This document shows, piece after piece, positions 19,215-28,813 of a DNA stretch of 64,000 nt. The notes below the pieces were generated by a model that searched no databases, had not been told where the DNA came from, and saw only the letters and a program-made list of their open reading frames with translations. How positions within the stretch are numbered: position 1 is the first letter of the stretch; the number at the start of each line of letters is the position of its first letter. Origin of the DNA: Candidatus Omnitrophica bacterium UBA6215. GTDB lineage: Bacteria; Omnitrophota; Gorgyraeia; Pluralincolimonadales; Pluralincolimonadaceae. The position numbers and the translations under genes were made by a program. The stretch is from contig DISH01000004.1 of the NCBI GenBank assembly GCA_002421665.1, positions 245,109 through 309,108 on the forward strand, given 5' to 3'.

Positions 19215-19274
19215 CAATGGAAACAAAAAAAGTATTCGAAGCTGGAGGTGGCGGTTTAAATTAGGCCTCATTTG

Positions 19275-20456
19275 ATGAATTGGTTATATTTACGGGGCAT
19301 GAGCTGCAAAATGCATATTAGGACAGTTGTTATAATAATATTTATTTGTGCGGCAATTTTTGCGTTATTTCCCTTCGCGATGCTAGCGAACAAGAGCACG
19401 GCGTATTTCGCGTATAAAGAGATAACATATAAGACGATGGCCGATAGGATTGCCTGCGGCTCCAAGGCGCCGGAAGAGACAGTGCTGCGCATAGGCGAAT
19501 ATTTCCATCGATATTTGTTCACGCCTTACGGGGCAAAAGCCGTCGATAAGGACACTTATAATGACTTAATCAGGGGTATAGCATATTGTGACCAGAAGGC
19601 ATGGGGTATGTCGGCGTTCATTGCTAAAAAGGGAATTGACAGCAGGATGATAATGACAGTGAATCCCAATGGCCAGTCAAACCATACCGCATTGGAAGCG
19701 TATATTGGAGGAAAATGGAGGTATCTCGACCCGCAATACGCGCTTGTCATGCGTAAAAAGGACGGCGAACTAGCCTCATATTTGGAGGTATGTGAAAACC
19801 CGTCGCTTTTGGTTGATTCTCCAAGGATGCGCCTGATGAGGAAGGTTTGCCCGGGAGAGTTCGAGGCCGTAAGCAGGTACCTCGCAAGGAACGTTTATAA
19901 TCGAGGATCAAGACCGGTTATATGGAATAGCCCTGGCAGAAGCAAGGGGAATATAAAACGCGCCATATCTCGCGTATTAGACGCATATGTCACGCTCTTC
20001 GGAAGGAGATTCTCCTATCTTTACCAGGACGCGTACATGGGTATCTATTCCGCGGAAGGCGGCCATAATACAGATTATCTTCTGGCAAGGAATTACGATA
20101 TCTACGGAAGATACGACAGGTCGGTTTATTATTACAGGAGATTCCTCGAAAGTTCCCCTTCGGACGACAAAAGGTATCCCGCGATGCTGTACCTATCGAT
20201 AATATATACAAATAACAGGGACAATAAAGCTGCGATAGAAATTCTCCGGGTTATGATGGCAGACCCGGAGTCATCAGAATGGGCGCCATACGTATATTAT
20301 TGGCTCGGTTATAATTATGAGGCACAGAATGATGCGGGAAAGTCGGCCGACTGCTTCAGGGCCTCCATAATGGAAAGCACGAAGGCGGAGGAACCTTCTG
20401 CCAAAATAAAATTACTGGAACTTGATTCATTCGAAGGGTTTGCCAAATATAAATGA
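19275..20456 (+). CDS. membrane-anchored transglutaminase-like domain protein with TPR-like C-terminus
   Basis: N-terminal TM helix; Cys (IAYCDQKAWGM) ... His/Asp (HTALEAYIGGKWRYLDP) arrangement typical of transglutaminase-like cores. Lies in a lower-GC segment; start ambiguous (19272/19275/19311). Confidence 0.6.
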   Translation: MNWLYLRGMSCKMHIRTVVIIIFICAAIFALFPFAMLANKSTAYFAYKEITYKTMADRIACGSKAPEETVLRIGEYFHRYLFTPYGAKAVDKDTYNDLIRGIAYCDQKAWGMSAFIAKKGIDSRMIMTVNPNGQSNHTALEAYIGGKWRYLDPQYALVMRKKDGELASYLEVCENPSLLVDSPRMRLMRKVCPGEFEAVSRYLARNVYNRGSRPVIWNSPGRSKGNIKRAISRVLDAYVTLFGRRFSYLYQDAYMGIYSAEGGHNTDYLLARNYDIYGRYDRSVYYYRRFLESSPSDDKRYPAMLYLSIIYTNNRDNKAAIEILRVMMADPESSEWAPYVYYWLGYNYEAQNDAGKSADCFRASIMESTKAEEPSAKIKLLELDSFEGFAKYK

Positions 20457-20553
20457 AGATTAAATCGCTCGACATGTCTTCTTTGGTATATGCTATGACT
20501 ATTATGAGGACGGTACGGTCACGGCGCTCTTCAAGGACTGGTACCGTTTTACG

Positions 20554-20646
20554 ATGATCCCGTTCACGCATGTGTTCATGGGGGCCGGGATTGCGTGGTT
20601 GATATCGAAGGCGCGTGACGCAAAAACAGGGAAGGCAAAAGCATGA
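20554..20646 (+). CDS. possible 30-aa small membrane peptide (or remnant), translationally coupled to the downstream epimerase
   Basis: MIPFTHVFMGAGIAWLISKARDAKTGKAKA: hydrophobic helix plus basic tail. Its TGA overlaps the ATG of the next gene (ATGA). The frame is open further upstream without a start codon. Confidence 0.2.
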   Translation: MIPFTHVFMGAGIAWLISKARDAKTGKAKA

Positions 20647-21602
20647 TAAAAGGCAGCAGCATATTCATGACGGGCGGGGCCGGATTCATCGGCTCGGCAC
20701 TGATAAGGCGGCTTATCGAGAATAACAGGGTTACAGTATATGATAACCTGCACCGCGACGCGTTAAAGCATACGGGGCTCGCGGAACACCCTAACCTGAA
20801 GTTCGTGCACGGGGACGTGCTCGACGCGGCGAGCGTCGACAGGAGCATCGGCGATTCTGATATCGTGGTGCACCTGGCGGCTATCGCGGGGGTCGATACG
20901 GTGCTTTCGATGCCGGTCAGGACGATGGAAGTGGCGCTCATAGGCTCGTATAACATGCTTAAGGCGTGCGCCGGCCGCAAGGGGATAAAGAGGTTCATCG
21001 ATTTTTCCACGAGCGAAGTATACGGCGCGGTAGCGAGGGATGTGAAGGAGAGCGACGCGACACCGGTCGGCGCCGTAGGCGAGGCGAGATGGACATACGC
21101 GGTAAGCAAGCTTGCCGCCGAGCACCTCGCGTTCAGCTATTATTTACAGCAGAAATTGCCGGCCGTATCGATAAGGCCTTTTAACATATTCGGACCCATG
21201 CAGGTCGGGATAGGCGCCATACACCTGTTTGTCAAAAGCGCCCTTAAAGGAGAGACCCTGCGCTTGAACAACGGCGGAAGCCAGGTAAGGTCGTGGTGTT
21301 ATATAGACGACATTGCGGACGCGGTCCTGCTATGCATGGAGAAGGAGGCCGCCGTCGGAGAAGCGTTCAATATAGGCAACCCGCGGAACACCCTGAGTAT
21401 CAAAGAGCTCGCCGGGATGGTGGTCAGGATATCGGGCTCCTCCTCCGGGATAGTCGACGAAAAGAAGGATGCGCCGGATGTCGAGATCAGATGCCCAGAC
21501 ATATCCAAGGCAGAACGCATCCTGGGGTTCTCGCCTAAGGTCGGATTGGAGGAAGGGCTTAAGAGGACTATCGATTGGTACAGGGAGAACTTAAATGGTT
21601 AA
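20643..21602 (+). CDS. NAD-dependent sugar-nucleotide epimerase/dehydratase (extended SDR)
   Basis: TGGAGFIGS Rossmann motif and YAVSK (YxxxK). Confidence 0.85.
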   Translation: MIKGSSIFMTGGAGFIGSALIRRLIENNRVTVYDNLHRDALKHTGLAEHPNLKFVHGDVLDAASVDRSIGDSDIVVHLAAIAGVDTVLSMPVRTMEVALIGSYNMLKACAGRKGIKRFIDFSTSEVYGAVARDVKESDATPVGAVGEARWTYAVSKLAAEHLAFSYYLQQKLPAVSIRPFNIFGPMQVGIGAIHLFVKSALKGETLRLNNGGSQVRSWCYIDDIADAVLLCMEKEAAVGEAFNIGNPRNTLSIKELAGMVVRISGSSSGIVDEKKDAPDVEIRCPDISKAERILGFSPKVGLEEGLKRTIDWYRENLNG

Positions 21603-22116
21603 GAAGCCTAAGAGCCACGGGACAGGAAGATTCAGGAAAAAGGATTTCGCCAAGATAGGCAGGAATGTGGTTTTTGAAGAAGGCGCCCTCGTATTCCACC
21701 CGGAAAATGTCGAGATCGGCGACAATGTCTATATAGGCCATTATGCCGTCATAAAAGGTTATTATAAGAACAGGATGAAGATCGGCGGCGGGACATGGAT
21801 AGGCCAGCATGTGTTCCTTCACAGCGCCGGCGGGCTTGAAATTGGCAGGGATGTGGGCATAGGCCCCCATGCAGTTATAATCACATCCGTGCATAAGAGC
21901 GGGAACAAAAAACGTCCGGTCATGCATAACGAACTGGATTTTAAACCGGTGGTCATAGGTGACGGCTGCGATATAGGTATTGGCGCCATGGTCCTCCCCG
22001 GAGTGAAGATCGGAATGAACTCTATAATCGGAGCCGGGGCTGTTGTAACAAGGGATATTCCCGCGTATTGCGTAGCGGCCGGAAACCCGGCAAAGGTCAT
22101 AAAGAAGAGGATATGA
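21595..22116 (+). CDS. hexapeptide-repeat (LbH) sugar N/O-acetyltransferase
   Basis: Repeated [LIV]G-x4 hexapeptides (IGDNVYIG, IGRDVGIG, IGDGCDIGIGAMV, IGMNSIIGAGAVV). Confidence 0.8.
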   Translation: MVKKPKSHGTGRFRKKDFAKIGRNVVFEEGALVFHPENVEIGDNVYIGHYAVIKGYYKNRMKIGGGTWIGQHVFLHSAGGLEIGRDVGIGPHAVIITSVHKSGNKKRPVMHNELDFKPVVIGDGCDIGIGAMVLPGVKIGMNSIIGAGAVVTRDIPAYCVAAGNPAKVIKKRI

Positions 22117-22799
22117 AGCCTGTCTTATCGGTCTTCCTGATGGCGTATAATGAAGCCGGGTCCATAGAAGCGACGGCTTCGGAGATGATCGGCGGGTTGC
22201 TCAGCCTTGGACAGCCGTTCGAGTTCATTATAGTAGATGACGGCAGTACGGATGAGACCCCGGAGAAGGCGGAGATTATCGCATCCTCGTACGAAAATAC
22301 CCGAGTAGTGCGCCATGGCAATAATATGGGCCTGGGAGGCGTGTATCGTACCGGTTTCTCCGAGGCGGAGGGGGAATTCGTGACGTTCTTTCCCGCTGAC
22401 GGGCAATTTCCCGCGTCGATAATCGGAGAGTTCTTCGGAGCGATAAAAGATAACGATATGGTTTTAGGATACATCCCGGGACGGAAGAGCTCTATTTTGG
22501 CGAAGGGATTGTCTGCGGTCGAGAAAGCCATATATGGGATGCTCTTCGGAAGACTGCCTAAATTCCAGGGCATATTGATGTTCAGGCGGAGCCTTCTCGA
22601 CGAATTCACTCTCGTCTCGTCCGGCAGGGGATGGGCCGTCCTGATGGAGCTTATAATCAGGACCAAAAGGGCAGGCAAAAGTATCAAATGTATGCCGACG
22701 TCTATGAGGCAAAGGGGGAGCGGCGTGTCCAAAGTCAATAACCTCCCTACGATATTCGACAATTTAAAACAGGTTATAGCCTTGCGCAGGTATTTATGA
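22113..22799 (+). CDS. GT2 polyprenol-phosphate sugar synthase-like glycosyltransferase (DPM1/ArnC-like, soluble form)
   Basis: LSVFLMAYNEAGSI...FIIVDDGSTDET ... FFPADGQ. ATGA overlap; followed directly by two polytopic membrane proteins. Confidence 0.7.
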   Translation: MKPVLSVFLMAYNEAGSIEATASEMIGGLLSLGQPFEFIIVDDGSTDETPEKAEIIASSYENTRVVRHGNNMGLGGVYRTGFSEAEGEFVTFFPADGQFPASIIGEFFGAIKDNDMVLGYIPGRKSSILAKGLSAVEKAIYGMLFGRLPKFQGILMFRRSLLDEFTLVSSGRGWAVLMELIIRTKRAGKSIKCMPTSMRQRGSGVSKVNNLPTIFDNLKQVIALRRYL

Positions 22800-24316
22800 G
22801 GAGCATTTCAGTAAAGAAGAGGATATTCTTTGTTGCGGCGTTACTTGCAATCGGCCTGGCGGCGCATTTTCTGCCGTTCGAGAGAGCGGCCCTTGCTCCG
22901 GATGATTACGCTTCGCTGGTCAGGTCGCTTGGTCCGGGTTCCGGTTCTGCGGCATACGATGAAAGACCCCTGAACAGGCTTTTTCTTATGGCGCAGTCGG
23001 CTGCGGCAGGGGATAATGCCAACGCAGGGTTCGCGCTCCTGCTCCTGTCGGATGCCTTGCTGGTCATATCGGTCTATATGCTTTTGGACAAGCTGCTTAA
23101 GGATCCCTCGCTGTCTTTCCTCGCTTCGGCTTTCTTTTGCGTCATGCCCAATACATTGGAGATATACCAGTCGGCAATATACGCCAACATCGCCGTCGTT
23201 TCCGCTGTTTACGTCCTGTGCCTGCACCTGTTCCTTAAGTATATCGACGGCGGGAACGCATGGCTGCTGGTGTTTTCCGCAGCCCTTTATACCGCGGGGA
23301 TATTCTGGTACGAGACAGGATTTTTTACTCCTGCGATCGCTGCCGTTGCGGCTTTAGGGACCAAAGGCGGAAGGAAGCATTCCTGGCTTGTGTATATACC
23401 CTTAATGGCCGTTTACGCGGTCTACCGAGTTGCATCGGGGACAGCATCCTCTGCCGGTGTTGAGGCGCATGCGGTTTCGGTATCAATGGTCCCTTTCAAT
23501 ATAATGGAAACGATCCGGCATTATGCGGGAAGGTATATTGCGCGTTCGGTCATATACGGGTTTTACCGATTTGCGGCCATGGGGTTACCGCTATTGGCGT
23601 TATCTTCATTGCTGGCGCTGGCGTTTGGATATCTTGCGGCAAAGATCTCGGGTGCATGTGAAATGTCCCGTCTTAACCGCAGGCAATTACTCCTTTCTTT
23701 TGCCATGGCGGTATTTTGGCTGCTGCCGATACTGCTTAATTCCAGCGGGGGAGTGGGAGGAAGGCATCTCCTGCTGCCGTCGGTCGGAGTATCCGTGCTG
23801 GGTATCGCCGTGCTGGGTTTTTCCGGCCGCTACAGAAAGGTTATGACCGCAACGGCGTTCATATTGTTGATGGTAATTTCGCAGGGGAACGCCTGGTCTC
23901 AGGCTGTTGCTTGCAGGATAAACGCTGCCGTATACGATTACCTTAAGGAGAACCGCGCTGCGCTTTCCAATGCGAAGTGCGTGGTGATAGATACGAAGAG
24001 TTTTGCGGAGAAGATCCCTTTTACTCTCGTGAAAGGCGGTTATAATGTCCTGAACACTTATTACGGTGCGCAGGCTTTCGAGGACTGGGGACTCAAGAGC
24101 ATGGTGAAGCTTGCCTCCGGGCAGAAGGACAAGGCGGTCTATATTGCCATAACAAGGCCTGAGCGTTCGCCCGAGGGCACTTTTTTTGATATAGGCGGGT
24201 ATAAGGGTTACCGTACGATAGAGCCGGAGCATGTAGATATAAAAGGGGATTGTTTTATAGTTGATTATGCAAACGTATACGACAAGGGTTTCAGGGATGG
24301 GTTGAACGCGAGATGA
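22796..24316 (+). CDS. polytopic membrane protein, putative GT-C-fold glycosyltransferase
   Basis: More than 10 predicted TM helices; acidic motif APDDYA in the first extracytoplasmic loop after TM1. ATGA overlap. Confidence 0.45.
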   Translation: MRSISVKKRIFFVAALLAIGLAAHFLPFERAALAPDDYASLVRSLGPGSGSAAYDERPLNRLFLMAQSAAAGDNANAGFALLLLSDALLVISVYMLLDKLLKDPSLSFLASAFFCVMPNTLEIYQSAIYANIAVVSAVYVLCLHLFLKYIDGGNAWLLVFSAALYTAGIFWYETGFFTPAIAAVAALGTKGGRKHSWLVYIPLMAVYAVYRVASGTASSAGVEAHAVSVSMVPFNIMETIRHYAGRYIARSVIYGFYRFAAMGLPLLALSSLLALAFGYLAAKISGACEMSRLNRRQLLLSFAMAVFWLLPILLNSSGGVGGRHLLLPSVGVSVLGIAVLGFSGRYRKVMTATAFILLMVISQGNAWSQAVACRINAAVYDYLKENRAALSNAKCVVIDTKSFAEKIPFTLVKGGYNVLNTYYGAQAFEDWGLKSMVKLASGQKDKAVYIAITRPERSPEGTFFDIGGYKGYRTIEPEHVDIKGDCFIVDYANVYDKGFRDGLNAR

Positions 24317-25620
24317 AGATCAAAACATTTTTACTCTTGACGCTTGTATTGTCGGTTTCTATCATGTTACCCGGATTTGCCGCTGCCGTTATCTCGACTT
24401 GGATCCTGTTTATCCTGATAAGGCGAGCTACGCCGGAACGCGACAGGGGGACGTTGACCGGGCTGCTTAGCGCCGCTCTTCTTATGCGGCTGGCGCTTTT
24501 CATAATACTCCAATACCTCGTTTTTTCCAGGGGCATGACGGACATATTCGGCGATGCCAGGGATAATATCATCCAGGGGACCATCTTTGCCGATTACTTC
24601 AGGGGTGAATTCGATATAGGCAGGGTCCTGTCCGTGGACAGGTATAATACCCACAGCATGAGCGTATTCAACGGCCTTTATTTTCTGATATTTGGCATGG
24701 ATATAATATTCTTAAAGTATATCAATATGCTTGCTATGCTGGCGGCAGGCTGGCTGATATACGATTTCCTCAGGCGTACGTATTCCGCTACAGCAGGACT
24801 GACTGCTTGCGCAATAGTACTTTTTTGGCCGACGCTGGTATTCTGGTCGATAACCGGTTTGAAGGAGGCGCACCTGATCTTTTGCCTTGCAGCCATATTC
24901 TGGGTGATCAGGAGATTGGCAGACGGATTGCGGTGGACCGAAAAGTTACTGTATTTGCTGGCGCTTGCGGCATGCACAGGTTATACCGTACTCCTGAAAT
25001 ACAAGATGATGTTCCCTATATTGTTTTTGGAACTTGTGTTACTCGCCTGCTATTACATTTTGCGTAATCGCCGGACGGCGAGGGCAAGGGGGAGGCTGGT
25101 ATTCTTTGCATCGGTTCTTTTTGCGGCCGGGGTGTTGACCTTCCACGGCCTTGTCTTCCAGAAACTGAAAGATCTCTACGGGGTAGTATTCAGCTATTAT
25201 GTGGGGTCCTTGAATACTCTCGGATGGAATTATGTTATAGTCCCGCCGGACAGCTCCCAGATGTATAACCCTGCGTTCATAGTAAAGTACTTCGCCGGGG
25301 CATGGTTGCATTTTCTTGCGGAACCATTTCCGTGGCATATGTATTCCCCCAGCCTTCTGTCAACCGTGCCGGAGATGGCGGTTTGGTACATGCTGCTCCT
25401 GTTCTCGGCAGCGGGCCTTATTAAGCTTAAGCGCCGCGGCAAGATAGCAGATTTCGTCCCGATGCTCATATTTTTTGTCTTGTATGTCTCCTCGCTGGGA
25501 ATGTCGGTTGCGAATATAGGTACGGTCATCAGGTTCAGGGACGCCGTCATGCCGATAACGGCCATACTTGCGGCTTGCGCTTTCTTTGAACCTTCGGGAA
25601 GGACGGCGGATGGAGATTAG
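24313..25620 (+). CDS. polytopic membrane protein, putative GT-C-fold glycosyltransferase (ArnT/PMT-like)
   Basis: About 11 TM helices; DIFGDARDN loop motif. ATGA overlap. Confidence 0.45.
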   Translation: MKIKTFLLLTLVLSVSIMLPGFAAAVISTWILFILIRRATPERDRGTLTGLLSAALLMRLALFIILQYLVFSRGMTDIFGDARDNIIQGTIFADYFRGEFDIGRVLSVDRYNTHSMSVFNGLYFLIFGMDIIFLKYINMLAMLAAGWLIYDFLRRTYSATAGLTACAIVLFWPTLVFWSITGLKEAHLIFCLAAIFWVIRRLADGLRWTEKLLYLLALAACTGYTVLLKYKMMFPILFLELVLLACYYILRNRRTARARGRLVFFASVLFAAGVLTFHGLVFQKLKDLYGVVFSYYVGSLNTLGWNYVIVPPDSSQMYNPAFIVKYFAGAWLHFLAEPFPWHMYSPSLLSTVPEMAVWYMLLLFSAAGLIKLKRRGKIADFVPMLIFFVLYVSSLGMSVANIGTVIRFRDAVMPITAILAACAFFEPSGRTADGD

Positions 25621-26746
25621 CGAGCGTTTTCCCGGGAAGAAAGTATTTCTTTTTGCCCTTGGCCGGAATGCGATGTATGCGGCGTGTACTTCTGCCGGGC
25701 TGAAGGAGGGCGATAAAGTGCTTACTCCTGCCTTTGACTGTGACGGCTCCTTGCAGCCGTTCAGGGTATTGGGCCTGGAACCCGTTTTTTACAAATCCGA
25801 CCCCCGCACCTTCAGGGTCGATATGGAAGACCTGGCTGCGAAACTAAAATGCGGGGTTAGGATCGTCCACGTGATAAACCATTTCGGGTTTCCCCAGCAA
25901 TGGGAAGATATCATGCCGTTGTGCCGTAAAGCAGGTTTGCCGGTCCTCGAGGATAATGCGTATTCGTTGTTTTCGGAACATAACGGTTCGGTCTTCGGTT
26001 CATTCGGAGATTTTTCTATCTTCTCCCTCAGGAAGAACCTGCCGGTCATCGATGGCGGGATGCTGGTAATAAATAACGACAAGTACAGTTTTTCGCCGGA
26101 AAGAAAAACCGTCCCGCTCTTTTACCGGGCCGAGTGGGCTAACGTCCTTACCCTTATAAAGTCGTCGCTCGGTTATTATAAGGCCCCGGAGGGGCTCAGG
26201 CGGATCATGAGGATGGCGAACCCGGCAGTAGAGCCTCCCGTGCCGTTGTACTCGGAGGGGGATAAGGGCCATCCGGATTGGCCGTTGCGCGATCGAATAG
26301 GCGAAGAGTTCATGTGCGATTACCTAAGGCCCATGTCCAGGCTGGCGCTGCGCCAGCTGAACGGTCTGCCCGGCGGTTATCTTGGCGAGGTTTCGCTGGC
26401 AAAGCGGGCATACTATTCGCAGATCGCCTCTGCCCTTGAAGGAGCGCAGGGTATAAGCCTGCTGTGGCGGGAACTTCCTTCGGGGATTGTCCCGTTCTGT
26501 GTGCCATTGTTCCTTGAGGCAGGCAGGGACAGGATCTTTGGCCGTCTGAGGAAGAGATATGATGTCATGGTATGGCCTACGCTGCCCGGGGCCGTGCTCG
26601 ATGAACTTGGGAAGTATCCGGATGTTGAGATGCTTGGCAGGAAACTGCTCCAGGTTAACCTGCCGGCATCGAAGGTATTGAGAAAGGATTTCCTGTCATA
26701 TGTCATGCGGCTTACGGAAGAATTGAAATCCTTGGCGGGGGAATAG
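25610..26746 (+). CDS. DegT/DnrJ/EryC1-family PLP-dependent sugar aminotransferase
   Basis: Family-like FSLRKNLPVIDGGMLV (Lys in S-x-x-K-N-L context) and overall size/layout. Confidence 0.65.
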   Translation: MEISERFPGKKVFLFALGRNAMYAACTSAGLKEGDKVLTPAFDCDGSLQPFRVLGLEPVFYKSDPRTFRVDMEDLAAKLKCGVRIVHVINHFGFPQQWEDIMPLCRKAGLPVLEDNAYSLFSEHNGSVFGSFGDFSIFSLRKNLPVIDGGMLVINNDKYSFSPERKTVPLFYRAEWANVLTLIKSSLGYYKAPEGLRRIMRMANPAVEPPVPLYSEGDKGHPDWPLRDRIGEEFMCDYLRPMSRLALRQLNGLPGGYLGEVSLAKRAYYSQIASALEGAQGISLLWRELPSGIVPFCVPLFLEAGRDRIFGRLRKRYDVMVWPTLPGAVLDELGKYPDVEMLGRKLLQVNLPASKVLRKDFLSYVMRLTEELKSLAGE

Positions 26747-27844
26747 ATGGATTACCGTTGGATAGAGGATATCGATGAGTTCTCCGGGATAGCGGATGAG
26801 TGGGATGCGCTTGTTGCTTCAAGTGATCCCCAGCCGTTCCTGCTGTCGGATTTCATAATAACATGGTGGAAGCATTTTGGTAAAGGCAGGAAGCTCAGGA
26901 TATTCGTGTTGCATGAAGGAGCAAAGATAAAAGGGGGGCTTGCGCTCTGCATTGAGAGGGGCGGCGCAAGGGAGGGTTTTGCGAATATCCTCCGTCACAT
27001 CGGGGGCGTGGCCGCTAACTATACAGAACCGCTGTATGCTTGCGAAGACGCTCCGGTCCTTGCCAGGCTCGTTGGCGCTCTTTCCCTGCGCAGGGATTGG
27101 GATGTCCTTTGTCTTACGGATATAAGGGAAGGCAGCAAGCTGCTTGCCGAGATAGCCGCCCCTGCCGGCGGCAAAAAATTTCCGGTATCCGCCGTCAACG
27201 ACCATATGAATTACGCCATAGACCTAAGTATGGGGCTTGATAGATATCTCTCGGGCCTGTCGCCTAAGCTCAGGAGGGACCTCAGGTCCAAGAGGAAGCG
27301 CCTTACGGAAAAATTCGGGCAGGTCAGGCTTTCGGAGGTGAAGGGCAGAGAGGAAGTCGACAGGTGTGCGGACCTTTACAGGGATTTTTCACGGGCCGCT
27401 TTCGCCGCAAGGAACAGGAAAAGTAATTTTGAGAATGACAGGTATGCGGATTTTTTCAGGGAATTCCTTATTCTTATGGACGGCGCGGGCAGGCTGGATG
27501 CGCATCTCCTTGAGGCCGGTGATAAAGCTATTGCAATAAGTTTCGCGTACAGGTTCGGGAAAGGGTTTAACTGGGTGCTGACCGCTTTCGATTATGAGTA
27601 TAAATATTACAGGCCGGGCTATATCCTTATAGAGGAGCTGCTGAAAATGATATCGGCCAGGGGAGAGGCCTGCTATAACTGGTACGGACACGGCCGGTTT
27701 TACAAGGACCAGTTGTGCAACCGGTTGACTCCGTTATACAAGGTAGTCATGGCAAGGAAGACGCCGGGAGGGTTATCGTTCATCCTTGCGCAGAGGATCA
27801 AAGATATGCTTAAATCCGTAAGAAAGGCGGCGGATGCTAAATAG
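26747..27844 (+). CDS. FemAB/CelD-like GNAT (Acetyltransf_6) protein, second copy
   Basis: N-terminal W..L......PF.S..W...W pattern (DEWDALVASSDPQPFLLSDFIITWWKHF) and C-terminal FemAB-like core. Confidence 0.6.
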   Translation: MDYRWIEDIDEFSGIADEWDALVASSDPQPFLLSDFIITWWKHFGKGRKLRIFVLHEGAKIKGGLALCIERGGAREGFANILRHIGGVAANYTEPLYACEDAPVLARLVGALSLRRDWDVLCLTDIREGSKLLAEIAAPAGGKKFPVSAVNDHMNYAIDLSMGLDRYLSGLSPKLRRDLRSKRKRLTEKFGQVRLSEVKGREEVDRCADLYRDFSRAAFAARNRKSNFENDRYADFFREFLILMDGAGRLDAHLLEAGDKAIAISFAYRFGKGFNWVLTAFDYEYKYYRPGYILIEELLKMISARGEACYNWYGHGRFYKDQLCNRLTPLYKVVMARKTPGGLSFILAQRIKDMLKSVRKAADAK

Positions 27845-28805
27845 TGCCTTGCGGAATTTTGCCAGGGTAAACTACCACGGGATAAGGCGCGCGGTCCGGC
27901 ACGCTAAAAATAAATTTACCGACCGCGCCCCTAAGCTTATAGTTCTGGCTTACCATAGGGTCCTTCCGGAGACCGGAGATAACCTGCTCAATACGGCGGT
28001 CTCAGTAAAGACTTTCTCGAAACAGATCGAGAGCATATCCAAGAACATGAAGATACTTCCCTTGTCGGAGGCCGCCGCGAAATCCGGGGGCCGTTTGCCG
28101 GGCGACGGGATTATCGCTGCCTTGACTTTTGATGATGCCTATTCGGACAATTATTCCGTTGTGTTCCCCTTATTGAAGAAGAAAGGTATCAGCGCCTCTT
28201 TCTTCGTGCCGACCGGTTATGCCGGCAAGGACATACCCATGTGGGATTACGAGGTCGTAGAGCGGATATCGCGCAGCGGGGTCGAACGTATAGAGGCAGG
28301 TGATTACAGGCAGCAAAGGCGCGTGAATGAATCCGGGCTTTCCTTTGCCTTCAGGGTTTTTAATGACCTTAAGTCGAGAGATTTCCATATTATTGATGAA
28401 GCGTTGACCTTTCTCAGGCGCAAAACCCCCGGGATAGGCCCCGGTATGGGCCGCTGTATGTCCTGGGAAGAGATAAAAGAACTTTCCGAGGCGGGCATGG
28501 AAATAGGTTCACACGCGGTAACGCACAGGTCCCTGGCGAGGATACCTTTACCTGAGGCTGCCGGGGAGATAAGAAGGAGCAAGGCGGATATAGAAGAGAA
28601 GACAGGTGCCGCGTGCCTGCACTTTGCTTTTCCCTTCGGAAGCCGTCTGGATTATAACAGTGCCCTGGTAGATGAGGTGAGGAAGGCCGGATATTCCACC
28701 TGTATCTTGAATATCCACGGTTATAACAGGGCAGATCCCGGGATATTCACTTTTAAGAGGATCATCATGGAAGAACATACCGATACCAGGTTCATACTGG
28801 GTTGA
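27834..28805 (+). CDS. polysaccharide deacetylase (NodB homology domain, CE4)
   Basis: NodB motif 1 ALTFDDAYSDNY; His-containing motifs (IGSHAVTH). Confidence 0.8.
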   Translation: MLNSALRNFARVNYHGIRRAVRHAKNKFTDRAPKLIVLAYHRVLPETGDNLLNTAVSVKTFSKQIESISKNMKILPLSEAAAKSGGRLPGDGIIAALTFDDAYSDNYSVVFPLLKKKGISASFFVPTGYAGKDIPMWDYEVVERISRSGVERIEAGDYRQQRRVNESGLSFAFRVFNDLKSRDFHIIDEALTFLRRKTPGIGPGMGRCMSWEEIKELSEAGMEIGSHAVTHRSLARIPLPEAAGEIRRSKADIEEKTGAACLHFAFPFGSRLDYNSALVDEVRKAGYSTCILNIHGYNRADPGIFTFKRIIMEEHTDTRFILG

Positions 28806-28813
28806 GCGGATAT

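Noticed and set aside
19217-19264. 15-aa micro-ORF (METKKVFEAGGGGLN) in the gap before the transglutaminase-like gene
   Set aside because: Too short and featureless to call; no SD; mentioned only because the gap is unusual.
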